Source: Thermodesulfobacteriota bacterium (lineage in GTDB: Bacteria; Desulfobacterota_D; UBA1144; Nemesobacterales; Mycalebacteriaceae). From it: DNA of 64,000 bases. A program made the position numbers and the translations under genes. The notes beneath the pieces are model-generated. The model worked only from the letters and a program-made list of their open reading frames with translations. It did no database searches and was not told the origin of the DNA. Positions 19,467-28,213 of this stretch are shown here, one piece after another. The DNA lies in the NCBI GenBank assembly GCA_965226585.1, contig OZ245366.1, positions 1,420,248 through 1,484,247 of the forward strand, in the 5' to 3' direction. Each line of letters begins with the position of its first letter. Positions within the stretch are counted from its first letter, which is position 1.

Positions 19467-19879
19467 CTATAAGTGTTGAATATCTTGACAAATGCATCAA
19501 GGCGCTTGAAACGGGTGTCAAATATTTGGAGCAGGGAACGGATAAAGAGTTGTATGAACTTCACCGCGCCGGATGCATAAAGGAGTTTGAACTGATTCTT
19601 GAACAGAGCGGCAGTTTGTTGAGAAAGCGTATAAGGGGCTATTTTGCCACAAACAAACAGGCGGATAATCTGACCTTCAAAGATGTGTTTCGCCATGCGG
19701 CAAAGCACGATTTGATTGACCCCGAAGCCTGCAAAAGGTGGATGAAATACCGCGACAACCGCAATGACACATCACATAATTACGGCGAAAAGTTTGCCAA
19801 TGAGACCCTGAAGCTTCTGCCCGTTTTTATTGAGGACGCAAAGTCTCTTTCAAAAACTATTGGAGAGCAGGAAAAATGA
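19463..19879 (+). CDS. HEPN toxin (HI0074-like nucleotidyltransferase substrate-binding family)
   Basis: IKEFELILE, RNDTSHNY (R-X4-H plus downstream Tyr). Confidence 0.9.
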   Translation: MTISVEYLDKCIKALETGVKYLEQGTDKELYELHRAGCIKEFELILEQSGSLLRKRIRGYFATNKQADNLTFKDVFRHAAKHDLIDPEACKRWMKYRDNRNDTSHNYGEKFANETLKLLPVFIEDAKSLSKTIGEQEK

Positions 19880-20190
19880 CTACAAGTCTGGAATTAGAGC
19901 AAAGTTACAGAGAAGACATTGAAAGTATTATCAGGCAACATTTGCCCGGTGTTGAAGTTTGGGCTTACGGAAGCAGAATAAACGGCGAGAGCCATGAAGG
20001 AAGCGACTTGGATCTTGTGCTGAGAACAAAAGACCTCAGCCCCGTTGATTATGACGACTTCCTCGCCCTCAAGGAATCCCTGACCGAGTCCTCTATCCCT
20101 TTCCTTGTTGAAGTCCGCGACTGGGCGCGGCTTCCGGAAAGTTTTCACAGTGAGATTAAAAAAGAATATGTCGTTTTTATTGAGCGATGA
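19876..20190 (+). CDS. Minimal nucleotidyltransferase (MNT) antitoxin
   Basis: VWAYGSRING..SDLDL (GS-X10-DXD); ATGA-coupled to HEPN gene. Confidence 0.9.
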   Translation: MTTSLELEQSYREDIESIIRQHLPGVEVWAYGSRINGESHEGSDLDLVLRTKDLSPVDYDDFLALKESLTESSIPFLVEVRDWARLPESFHSEIKKEYVVFIER

Positions 20191-20370
20191 AAATTCTCAA
20201 AGTGAGGGATTTGACTCAGGCAACACCCCATTGGGAAGGTTCTTGCGAAGAGACTCGCAAAGACCTTTGGAGTTTGACTATCGGAGATTGCTTTAGTTCA
20301 GAGAGTATTTTACAATCAAAGTTTTTTGTACGAGGAACACTCACAAAACCTTTACCTAGGAGAATAAACA

Positions 20371-20721
20371 ATGGCACAAATGTTTCCACTACTAACTGAA
20401 GAGCAGAAAGAAGAGAGAAGGAAAAAGGCAGTTCAAGAACAAAAATGGGGAGTCCGTGCCGAACTTGAGATATATAGCAAACTTCAAGAGTTGTCCGATG
20501 AATATACGGTTTGGTACGAAAAGGATTTAGGCTACGAAGACAACAAGAGAGAGATTGATTTTATCATTTTCCACAGATTGTACGGTTTATGGGTAATAGA
20601 AACCAAAGATTGGAATTTAAGTACTATCAGGGAATGGGATGATAGTGAATGTAAGATAGAAACTCCGAATGGTGAAAGATCTCTAATGATTGACAGAAAA
20701 ACTGTTGTATATCAACAGTAA
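20371..20721 (+). pseudogene. NERD nuclease domain, probably truncated
   Basis: GVRAELEIY..REIDFII..GLWVIETKDW; AGGAG RBS; ORF ends shortly after the motif. Confidence 0.6.
20701..20719. promoter_or_regulatory. Palindrome ACTGTTG-TATAT-CAACAGT next to TTGACA
   Basis: Perfect 7-bp arms 5 nt downstream of TTGACA (20690-20695), upstream of the large membrane protein gene. Confidence 0.4.
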
Positions 20722-20743
20722 AAATCTGGCGGAAAATTTTATA

Positions 20744-23281
20744 ATGTGGCTCAAATTAAAAAATAACCTGTACTCAATCAAAACATTTTGGGCCATGCAA
20801 AACTGGTTTAATAACAAAGTTATTGGTTGGTTTTGGAAGACTGCATACAAAATTAGTTACAGTTTCACTCAACTCAATGAAAAAAGTCAAATCTTTTGCC
20901 TTACATTACCGTCTTTTCTCAGACTCATATTATGCTCAGCGTTTATAGTTTGCATCTTGATTTTTATTGGAAAATATGAGTATTACCTTCCAGTAGGACT
21001 TCAAAAAGATTCTGGTGTTAACGCCGAACATTTTCTAATCGGCATAGCGAGCATATCCGGAATATTCCTTGGCTTATATTTTACTGCCATTTCAAGCATT
21101 ACGAGCAACTACCTGCTACGTGCACCTCAAAATGTCAAAAACTTCTTTCTTTTTGATCCGCGAGGAAGGCAGTATGTTCAAATAATAAAAATTACTGCGG
21201 TAACCAGTATCTTTTGCATTGTAGCGTCAAAACTTAATGTTCTGCAAGTTGGTCCGCCAGTATTGATATTGCTTTCTATCTTTACTATTTACATTGTGTC
21301 TCGATTGTGGGGTGTAGGAGTTGATACATTTAATGCATTAGAACCGCAGAATGCTTTGCGCTGGATTACCAGAGACATCTTTCATTCTATTAAAAATGTC
21401 ACACCTTCAAGCTTTCAATGGAAACAACCTGCAATACAACATCATCACAGAAAACTTACAATGGCAAAGATTGACCTTGCAAAAAATTTAATTTTATTTG
21501 GAAACGAAGAGATGAAAATCTCCAACGATCAATTAATTGCCACACTAATACATTTGAGTAGGGTGTTATACCACTACCCTGATTTCAGAAAACAAATTCC
21601 AACAAACAGTTTTTGGTACGAAGCAAAGATTCAATTTCAAGATTGGGATATCTCCACATCCTTTGAAATACTAATCGCCTTACAAACAGGAACACCTCTC
21701 AGTCCAAAGACTACAAAAAATTATATATGGCTCGAAGAGAAAATCCTTGATATTGTAGTAACAGTTCTCAACAACTTCTCCGAGAAAAAAGAGCACGAGA
21801 TGTTTTTAGAAGGCTACGGTATTTTTGTAAATGTTGTAGAAAAATATGGAAAATCTTTTGATAAAGAAAGCATTCAAGTATTTTTTGACAATCTAGACAA
21901 CAATGCCGGAGAATTTATATATTCAGACAATACAGGCAAAAACCTTAAGCAAACAGAAACGAGTAAAGTAGCCCTTGCAGATACGCAGGGAAGGTTAGGC
22001 ATTACACCCCTTATGGGATTGCTAAGCCACCTTGCAAACCATGGCAATATTGAACAAGTAATTACAAATATCAAATGGGATAACCGAAGCAGTATATACA
22101 GGTCAGGGTTACCTTATGCGATTCTAGCAGAAATAGAGATTCTTTCTGAACAATTGAGAAATGAAAAAATGATTGAGGGATACTATGTATCTACACAATG
22201 GTATATAAAAATGCTCTGCGTGCAGAAATATTTATTCTGCCTCCAACAATATTTTGAATACTTGAAATCACTACATGCTGATTTCTTTCAGACAAAGGTT
22301 GACGAGTTAATTAAACATCAACAATGGATTGCTGCGGCTCAATTAATGACAAGATGGACGGAATTTTCTAGTAAATATTCTCATCTTGTCAATTCCATGC
22401 ATAAACATTTTGAAGACTTATCAAAGTTTAGGTATGTCAAAGACTTGACTTGGCCAGAATTTGATATAAACAATGAAGTCCAAATTGCATCTACGAGAAA
22501 AAAAGAAATATCAGATTGTTTCATACAGTTACTACCTGAAATTGAGAAAATAGAGAAAAGAGATTACTTACCTGACTATTTTGGGCAAGCAATGGTTTCT
22601 GGATTTGAGGCATGCTATGAATCCTGTGAAGAAAATGATGTAGAACGACTTAAACGAATACTCCCAATAGTTTTCTCTATGTCTTCCTCTGCCTGTAAAA
22701 GAACACTCCAAAAAGTCCAAAATTGGAACAACGAAGAAAGCAAGTATATTTATGCTACAGAACCAATAATTAATCTTGTTGAGCTCAGCGGCTACATAAA
22801 ATTATACGCAGAATTATACCAAAACTCTGAATTATGGGAAGTCATCAAAAAGTGTTGGGTTTTGTATTTTCAAATACCAGAGATAGATACCAAAACAATG
22901 ATTAAAGCCTTAGCAGAAATAACTAATAATTGCAACATGAATTTGATAGCCAGACCACAACAAGAACTAAGAGCGCAATGGAAACAATCTTTCTGTGAAG
23001 TATTACAAAAGAAAGGTCTGATATCCATACCTTCGGATCACAACATCTTCGGCTTTTCAGATGAAAAAACAACATCTAAACACCCAAGTTCATTAATTAG
23101 AGTTGTAAGTCCTTTGCACGGATCGTTCGGGATTACTTTAGGACAGGAAGTATTCATAATGACATATCTTTCAAACCACAAAGATGCAGAAGAGGTAGAA
23201 TTCTTCAACAAAGTTCCCCTTAAAGAACTTATCCACAGAGAAGAAGAGAAAAATGGCAATCAACAACAAAACAATGAATAA
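20744..23281 (+). CDS. Large hypothetical protein: about 4 N-terminal TM helices plus long soluble domain (start uncertain, 20690/20744/20795)
   Basis: Long AT-rich ORF; hydrophobic segments FLRLILCSAFIVCILIFI, FLIGIASISGIFLGLYFTAI, ITAVTSIFCIVA, VLILLSIFTIYIV. Confidence 0.8.
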   Translation: MWLKLKNNLYSIKTFWAMQNWFNNKVIGWFWKTAYKISYSFTQLNEKSQIFCLTLPSFLRLILCSAFIVCILIFIGKYEYYLPVGLQKDSGVNAEHFLIGIASISGIFLGLYFTAISSITSNYLLRAPQNVKNFFLFDPRGRQYVQIIKITAVTSIFCIVASKLNVLQVGPPVLILLSIFTIYIVSRLWGVGVDTFNALEPQNALRWITRDIFHSIKNVTPSSFQWKQPAIQHHHRKLTMAKIDLAKNLILFGNEEMKISNDQLIATLIHLSRVLYHYPDFRKQIPTNSFWYEAKIQFQDWDISTSFEILIALQTGTPLSPKTTKNYIWLEEKILDIVVTVLNNFSEKKEHEMFLEGYGIFVNVVEKYGKSFDKESIQVFFDNLDNNAGEFIYSDNTGKNLKQTETSKVALADTQGRLGITPLMGLLSHLANHGNIEQVITNIKWDNRSSIYRSGLPYAILAEIEILSEQLRNEKMIEGYYVSTQWYIKMLCVQKYLFCLQQYFEYLKSLHADFFQTKVDELIKHQQWIAAAQLMTRWTEFSSKYSHLVNSMHKHFEDLSKFRYVKDLTWPEFDINNEVQIASTRKKEISDCFIQLLPEIEKIEKRDYLPDYFGQAMVSGFEACYESCEENDVERLKRILPIVFSMSSSACKRTLQKVQNWNNEESKYIYATEPIINLVELSGYIKLYAELYQNSELWEVIKKCWVLYFQIPEIDTKTMIKALAEITNNCNMNLIARPQQELRAQWKQSFCEVLQKKGLISIPSDHNIFGFSDEKTTSKHPSSLIRVVSPLHGSFGITLGQEVFIMTYLSNHKDAEEVEFFNKVPLKELIHREEEKNGNQQQNNE

Positions 23282-24284
23282 TTCCATTAAACAACTTGGG
23301 AGCAGAATCCAATCTTTCTTGAAAGATCCTTTTTTTCTAAGGCGTTGGGATATTTCGCAGAGTCACAATAATGACTACAAGTATACTTCTGTATACATAG
23401 GTCGACATGACAGAAAAGCAACAGACATTAATTTCCATGCCCAGAGGTTCATTGAAGATATGTGCAATGGACTAATGCCCTTTACTTTCAACAAGGAAAG
23501 TAGAGAAAAATACCCAGCAACTACCAATCCTCCCTCAAAAGAGAAAGAATTTCTTATTGCTAATGGAATAAGAAAAGATGAATACACCGGAACTCTTGAG
23601 GATGAGCTCTGTGATTTTGTTAGACTTACGGCAAAAAATTTGCTTACTCACGGAGTTGCCATTTACGAAATCGGCTATAAAAAAGATAAAAACAACAAAA
23701 TAGACAAATTTAGATTGAAACCAATACTTCCATTTAGATTAATGAGATTCATGAACAACTACTATCAATTTGTCCTCTGGAAAGATGCAAAAAGATTAAG
23801 TACTAAAGTGCAAATTCTGAAGATACCAGCCCAAAATGTCTTGCGCATAGACTTTCCGAACAGTTACGGTGGAAAAAGAAAACTTTTAAGATCTATAAAA
23901 CGTATTGCATACTTGAGCAAGCAGAGAACCCCAAAATTCTCGACGCAAAACATAAGATTCAATATGAATGATTATTTTCAAACACGACATCTGGAAATGG
24001 CTAAAATAACAAGGGGATTTGGATGGGACAATCTTTTATATCCTAATAGCCTTACTGAATACTACACTATTTCATTATTCCTCAAGAAGAAAAAGTTTGA
24101 GGCAACAATCAGAAATTTGATAATTTCCAACCTTAATGAGGTGTTAAGTAGAAAGCCTCTTGACTTAAACGTAGAAGTGACAATGAAAAACTTGTTTACT
24201 GTTGAAGATGTAGATGAGCAACAGAAAAAATTGGAAAGTGGCAACATAAAATTTATTGACATACTCAACTCTCTAAAAATATAA
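23253..24284 (+). CDS. Hypothetical protein with phage-portal-like motif order
   Basis: Overlaps the upstream gene; NLLTHGVAIYEI, LKPILP, IPAQNVLRI, YFQTRHLEMAKITRGFG, LNEVL, GNIKFIDIL recall HK97-type portal motifs. ORF is solid, fold call is tentative. Confidence 0.6.
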   Translation: MAINNKTMNNSIKQLGSRIQSFLKDPFFLRRWDISQSHNNDYKYTSVYIGRHDRKATDINFHAQRFIEDMCNGLMPFTFNKESREKYPATTNPPSKEKEFLIANGIRKDEYTGTLEDELCDFVRLTAKNLLTHGVAIYEIGYKKDKNNKIDKFRLKPILPFRLMRFMNNYYQFVLWKDAKRLSTKVQILKIPAQNVLRIDFPNSYGGKRKLLRSIKRIAYLSKQRTPKFSTQNIRFNMNDYFQTRHLEMAKITRGFGWDNLLYPNSLTEYYTISLFLKKKKFEATIRNLIISNLNEVLSRKPLDLNVEVTMKNLFTVEDVDEQQKKLESGNIKFIDILNSLKI

Positions 24285-24398
24285 ATTTTCAAGGTTCTAT
24301 CCTACAACCCTTTTTTAGACTCTGCGACTTTAAACATCATGATTTCAACTCTTCTCATTCCCCAATTTCCTCAACAAACAGAAAACCAACCCACCACT

Positions 24399-24740
24399 CT
24401 ACTCTACCCCAACCCCCTTCAAATACCTCTTAACCCTCTCTCCGTCCTCACTTTCCTTATCCCCTTTGAAATACAGTTCAATAAACTCCACTTTCTCCTC
24501 AACCTCAACATACGCATAGATGATACGAAGCGATGACCCTTTCAGATACCTGCATGATAAACGCGCCTTTACGATACTCACATCCCCGGCATACAAAATC
24601 TTGAAATGCTTGCGCCCATTCCCAAGCGGGGCAACGGAAACAACCTTACGAAATTCTTCCATATCATCAGCAAGAGACTTGTATTTCTTTGCAAGCCGCC
24701 GGAACTCCTTACGAAATTCCGGCAGTTCTCTAAAGTTCAT
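24399..24740 (-). CDS. RelE/ParE-like toxin
   Basis: PEFRKEFRRLAKKY, IVKARL, LRIIYAY, IELYFKGDKE; overlaps antitoxin end. Confidence 0.7.
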   Translation of the reverse strand: MNFRELPEFRKEFRRLAKKYKSLADDMEEFRKVVSVAPLGNGRKHFKILYAGDVSIVKARLSCRYLKGSSLRIIYAYVEVEEKVEFIELYFKGDKESEDGERVKRYLKGVGVE

Positions 24741-25500
24741 CGTCGCCGTAATCTCTCACGGAATACTTTTCATCACGGTAAAAAACGCTCTCATAAGATA
24801 TCTGCTCGCCGTCTCCGGCAGTTTTCCAAGGGATATCACCGTGCGAGTAATGCGCCATCTCTGTTGCGCTTTTGTCGGAAAGGCGGGTGAGAACATCGTC
24901 AATATGCTTAACTTCCCGCCCCGAAAGAATACTGAGGTCGGGGCGTTTGAGCGCAAGGTATTTCTTCTGGGTTTTACCGAAATAACTCACCTTCACTTTT
25001 TTCACCTCACCCTCTTTTGCCATCTCCCCTACTATCTTTGTAAAACCAGCCGATGTGGGACCGTGCGTGTTCTTTATGTAGGTCGCCCCCATCAGGCTTT
25101 CCTCAAACTTCTCGTAGTAATCAAAATCAATGAAATACAAAAGTTTATGCAAAACGGTCTCCCCGACATTCGGCTTACTGCCAACCTCGCAAAGCACATA
25201 GAGCAAAACCTGTTTGAATTTTTCAGCGTTCTGCCGGGTAACGCGAATCTGCGCCCCGTATTCATGCGCATCCTCAGATTCCTCAACAATAAACTTCGGC
25301 TCCGTCTCCTTCTGCGCGATTAAACTCTCTACCGGCATACCGAAAACCCCGGCAATCTTCCCCGCTTCGGCAAGCGTAATATCGCGTTTGCCGCTCTCTA
25401 TCTGGCTGTAAGTCTGTCGGGTTATCCCCACCTCAGACGCAACCTGCCCCTGAGTCATATCCCTCTTAACCCTCTGCTCTTTTATAAATTCAGCAACCAT
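24730..25500 (-). CDS. XRE-HTH + Panacea (DUF4065/SocA-like) antitoxin
   Basis: MTQGQVASEVGITRQTYSQIESG (XRE); LHKLLYFIDF..Y..HGP..SATEMAHYSHGDIPW (DUF4065). Confidence 0.88.
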   Translation of the reverse strand: MVAEFIKEQRVKRDMTQGQVASEVGITRQTYSQIESGKRDITLAEAGKIAGVFGMPVESLIAQKETEPKFIVEESEDAHEYGAQIRVTRQNAEKFKQVLLYVLCEVGSKPNVGETVLHKLLYFIDFDYYEKFEESLMGATYIKNTHGPTSAGFTKIVGEMAKEGEVKKVKVSYFGKTQKKYLALKRPDLSILSGREVKHIDDVLTRLSDKSATEMAHYSHGDIPWKTAGDGEQISYESVFYRDEKYSVRDYGDDEL

Positions 25501-25534
25501 TGCCCACTCCGTAAAACATTATCGGAACAATGGA

Positions 25535-25563
25535 AATGTAGATGATGTTAAAAATTATGTCAA
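25535..25563 (-). promoter_or_regulatory. Sigma70 promoter of the XRE-Panacea/RelE operon
   Basis: TTGACA-N17-TACATT on minus strand; TTTTTAACAT direct repeats flank the -35. Confidence 0.6.
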
Positions 25564-25632
25564 CGGCAATGTTAAAAAATACAAACACGCCCTTACATGG
25601 CAACACTTCGAAATCTATTGGCGGGAAATGTG

Positions 25633-25715
25633 CGGAGGGCGAGGGATTCGAACCCCCAAGTCCGTGAGGACGCCTGTTTTCAAGACAGGTGCATTAGCCG
25701 TTCTGCCAGCCCTCC
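25633..25715 (-). tRNA. tRNA-Ser (TGA)
   Basis: Reverse complement GGAGGGCTGGCAGAACGGCTAATGCACCTGTCTTGAAAACAGGCGTCCTCACGGACTTGGGGGTTCGAATCCCTCGCCCTCCG; long variable arm; anticodon TGA; CCA not encoded. Confidence 0.95.
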
Positions 25716-25748
25716 AGAGTGGAAACTATACGCGCTTTGCGGAAAATG

Positions 25749-27404
25749 TCAGACCGGCGCGGGGGACTTGGCTTCCTCTTTAAGCATCGGAAGATACTTG
25801 CCGCCAAGCATTATACTGCCCGCGCCCGCGCCGCTTAACAGCCTGTCAACCATATACTCCCTGTCCGCGCCCACTATGTTCACGCCGTGGTCGCTCTCAA
25901 CCAGGCAGAGAAGCTTCATGCCGCTGTCCGCCGCTGAACTGTCCGCCGCTTTGTAAACTGCGGCGTAATTAAGCAAAGCCGCCTCAACCGTTCCGCACGG
26001 AAGTGACGGATTGTCTGCGCCTTCACAAACCTCTCCGTTCTCAAACCACTTGGGAGACGGATAGCCGTGAAAATGCAGTATGGACATCCCCTCCTTCTCA
26101 ACCATCTCGGGCATGTAAAGGGCGAAGGAAAACGCCTGCGCCAGAATTACAAAAGTGTCAAAAGACGGGCGTATGTCGCGGCGCGAAAGGTCGGTTCCGG
26201 CGGGTATCTGAAGGTGAAGCTGTCCGTTGATAATCCCTATCCGCACAATATCCGTCATCGGGTCAAGATCGGTTTTGTCGCAACCCGAACGCGAAGTTAC
26301 CGTCCACAGGTCGGGTATCTGCCTGAAAAACTCGCCGCCCGCAAAACGGAGCCGGATATACCACCTGCCGGCGGGAGACTCTCTGACGTCCGTAAGCCCC
26401 TTTACCGGTGCAAATCCGTTCCATTCCGCCTCCGTCACATCTCTCTCCCCCGTGTACACGGGAGGCTCCATAATCGCTATAAACCCGTACGAAACACCCG
26501 TTCTGCCGTCAAGTATGTTGCTGAGCACATCGCGGTGCGAGGCGCGCCGTATCCGCTCGCTGAACCTGTAACCCTTAGGGAAAAGCCCGGTCGGTTTCAC
26601 CATTCTGCCGAGCGCGGCAAGGGCGGAGGTGTTTCCGTTCAAAGACGGGTCAAAATCCGTTATCTTGAATCTGCTCAAAATGGGCGGCTTTATCGGCGCG
26701 TATATCTTCGGCACAAGAGAGTTGAGAACAAAACCGTCAAGCTGTTCATGCCCGTAAACCGAGTCGGAAAGATTCATGTTGATGATGGCAAAATTCTTGT
26801 CGGAAACACCGATAACAATCTCAGACATCGTTCCTATCAGGTGGCTCAGCCCTATCTCTATCTTTATGTCATAAGTCGTTTCTGAGTCTTCAAACTCGCG
26901 CTCAAGAGGCACTATCGTTATAACCTGAGTGCTGAAAGGGTCTTGAATGTATTTCTGCGTAAAATCGTCCGCCCAGCCGCTTATCTTGAGTATCTCCATC
27001 ACAGACCTTCCGGGCTTTCTCACAAATCCGTAGATGCTCTCTGCAACCGCGCTGAGCAATCGCCGCAGAGCGGAGGGATTGCGCTTTATATCCACAACGG
27101 CGTTTATCTCCCTCTTCACCCTTCGTATCTTGAACACGCGGGAGAAGATGCCGAAAGCGTCATCCTGAACAGTCGCGTCATGCCACGGCACAACCGTTAC
27201 TCCGAGCCGCTCGAGACTGCTTCTGAGACTGTCTGAAAAAGAGCGGAGATTTGTGTTTGGATACCTTTTCGGAACGGGGCGGAAAGCCACCTTCACATTT
27301 GCCGCCATCTCGCAAGGGTCGGTCGGGTTCGAGAGATGCCGCAGGCGCGGCATTCCCGTAAGAGAAACTATTGTTTTAAGGTCAAGGTCGGCTATTTTGC
27401 CCAT
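25749..27404 (-). CDS. Hypothetical protein with C-terminal class II aldolase/adducin-like motifs
   Basis: TSRSGCDKTDL, RPSFDT, ILHFHGY, PCGTVEAA, ESDHGV. Confidence 0.6.
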   Translation of the reverse strand: MGKIADLDLKTIVSLTGMPRLRHLSNPTDPCEMAANVKVAFRPVPKRYPNTNLRSFSDSLRSSLERLGVTVVPWHDATVQDDAFGIFSRVFKIRRVKREINAVVDIKRNPSALRRLLSAVAESIYGFVRKPGRSVMEILKISGWADDFTQKYIQDPFSTQVITIVPLEREFEDSETTYDIKIEIGLSHLIGTMSEIVIGVSDKNFAIINMNLSDSVYGHEQLDGFVLNSLVPKIYAPIKPPILSRFKITDFDPSLNGNTSALAALGRMVKPTGLFPKGYRFSERIRRASHRDVLSNILDGRTGVSYGFIAIMEPPVYTGERDVTEAEWNGFAPVKGLTDVRESPAGRWYIRLRFAGGEFFRQIPDLWTVTSRSGCDKTDLDPMTDIVRIGIINGQLHLQIPAGTDLSRRDIRPSFDTFVILAQAFSFALYMPEMVEKEGMSILHFHGYPSPKWFENGEVCEGADNPSLPCGTVEAALLNYAAVYKAADSSAADSGMKLLCLVESDHGVNIVGADREYMVDRLLSGAGAGSIMLGGKYLPMLKEEAKSPAPV

Positions 27405-27432
27405 TTCAACTCCAGGTTAATTAACTCCGGCT

Positions 27433-28179
27433 TCACTGCCCGGCGGTCGCCTCGCTCTCAAGGCGTTTTTCCACCTCTTCAAGCATCGCGCCCCGAACGG
27501 CGTGTCCTATCTCTTCCATCCCCTCTCTGCCCGGCGAGTAATCCGAAGGGCGAAACGGGGGCAGAAACTCTACCGTCATCTCCCCGCCCGTGCTCACAAA
27601 CTGCCCGCTCTTCTTTTTCACGTTCTTTCCTCCCCAGATTATCATCGGAACCACCGGAACACCGGACAATCCGGCAAGCATAAATCCGCCCTTTTTGAAG
27701 TCAAGAAGCCGTCCGCTTTCACTGCGCGTGCCCTCAGGGGCAAGCACAACCGAGTGCCCCTTCCGGCGTATTCCGCGCGCCATCGCTTTCAACTGCTTTG
27801 AATCGCCGCTCCCTCCGTCACGCGACACAAAATAGTGTCCGGCAGCCTGTGAAACCCAGCCGACAAAGGGAATCTTCGCAACTTCTTCTTTCATAACAAG
27901 TTTGTAGTCGCACCGCTCAACCGGCAGAGAAGCAACAAGCGCCGGGATGTCGAGAGAACTTTGATGATTGTACATTATAACAGACGTTTCGTGCGGAACA
28001 TTTTCAACCCCCCGCACCTCAAGCGACACTCCGCAACACATAAGCACGGCTTTTCCCCACGGGCGGACGGCGCCGCGTATAACAAACCCCGGAGCCAGAA
28101 AAGACAAAATCAAACCCGCGATTCCAAACACAAAAGTCGCAACCGCTGAAAATATTAAGGCGAAGACGCTCTTTATCAT
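27433..28179 (-). CDS. plsC: 1-acyl-sn-glycerol-3-phosphate acyltransferase family
   Basis: NHQSSLD (HX4D), APEGTRS, FKKGGF. Confidence 0.9.
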   Translation of the reverse strand: MIKSVFALIFSAVATFVFGIAGLILSFLAPGFVIRGAVRPWGKAVLMCCGVSLEVRGVENVPHETSVIMYNHQSSLDIPALVASLPVERCDYKLVMKEEVAKIPFVGWVSQAAGHYFVSRDGGSGDSKQLKAMARGIRRKGHSVVLAPEGTRSESGRLLDFKKGGFMLAGLSGVPVVPMIIWGGKNVKKKSGQFVSTGGEMTVEFLPPFRPSDYSPGREGMEEIGHAVRGAMLEEVEKRLESEATAGQ

Positions 28180-28213
28180 CCGCTGTGTAGATTACACCCG
28201 CCGCCGCGCCGTT

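Noticed and set aside
20203..20216. GAGGGATTTGACTC resembling the tRNA-Ser T-arm complement as a possible att copy
   Set aside because: Only about 8 bp identical; not convincing
20187..20399. 70-aa ORF ATGA-coupled to the MNT gene
   Set aside because: No recognisable motif; cannot be supported as a gene
20702..20718. CTGT-N9-ACAG as a LexA SOS box
   Set aside because: The enterobacterial box has N8 spacing and the LexA motif of this lineage is unknown
24284..24296. 13-bp AATTTTCAAGGTT shared with 32228-32240, both at convergent island junctions
   Set aside because: Matches of this length are expected by chance in 64 kb, more so in AT-rich DNA
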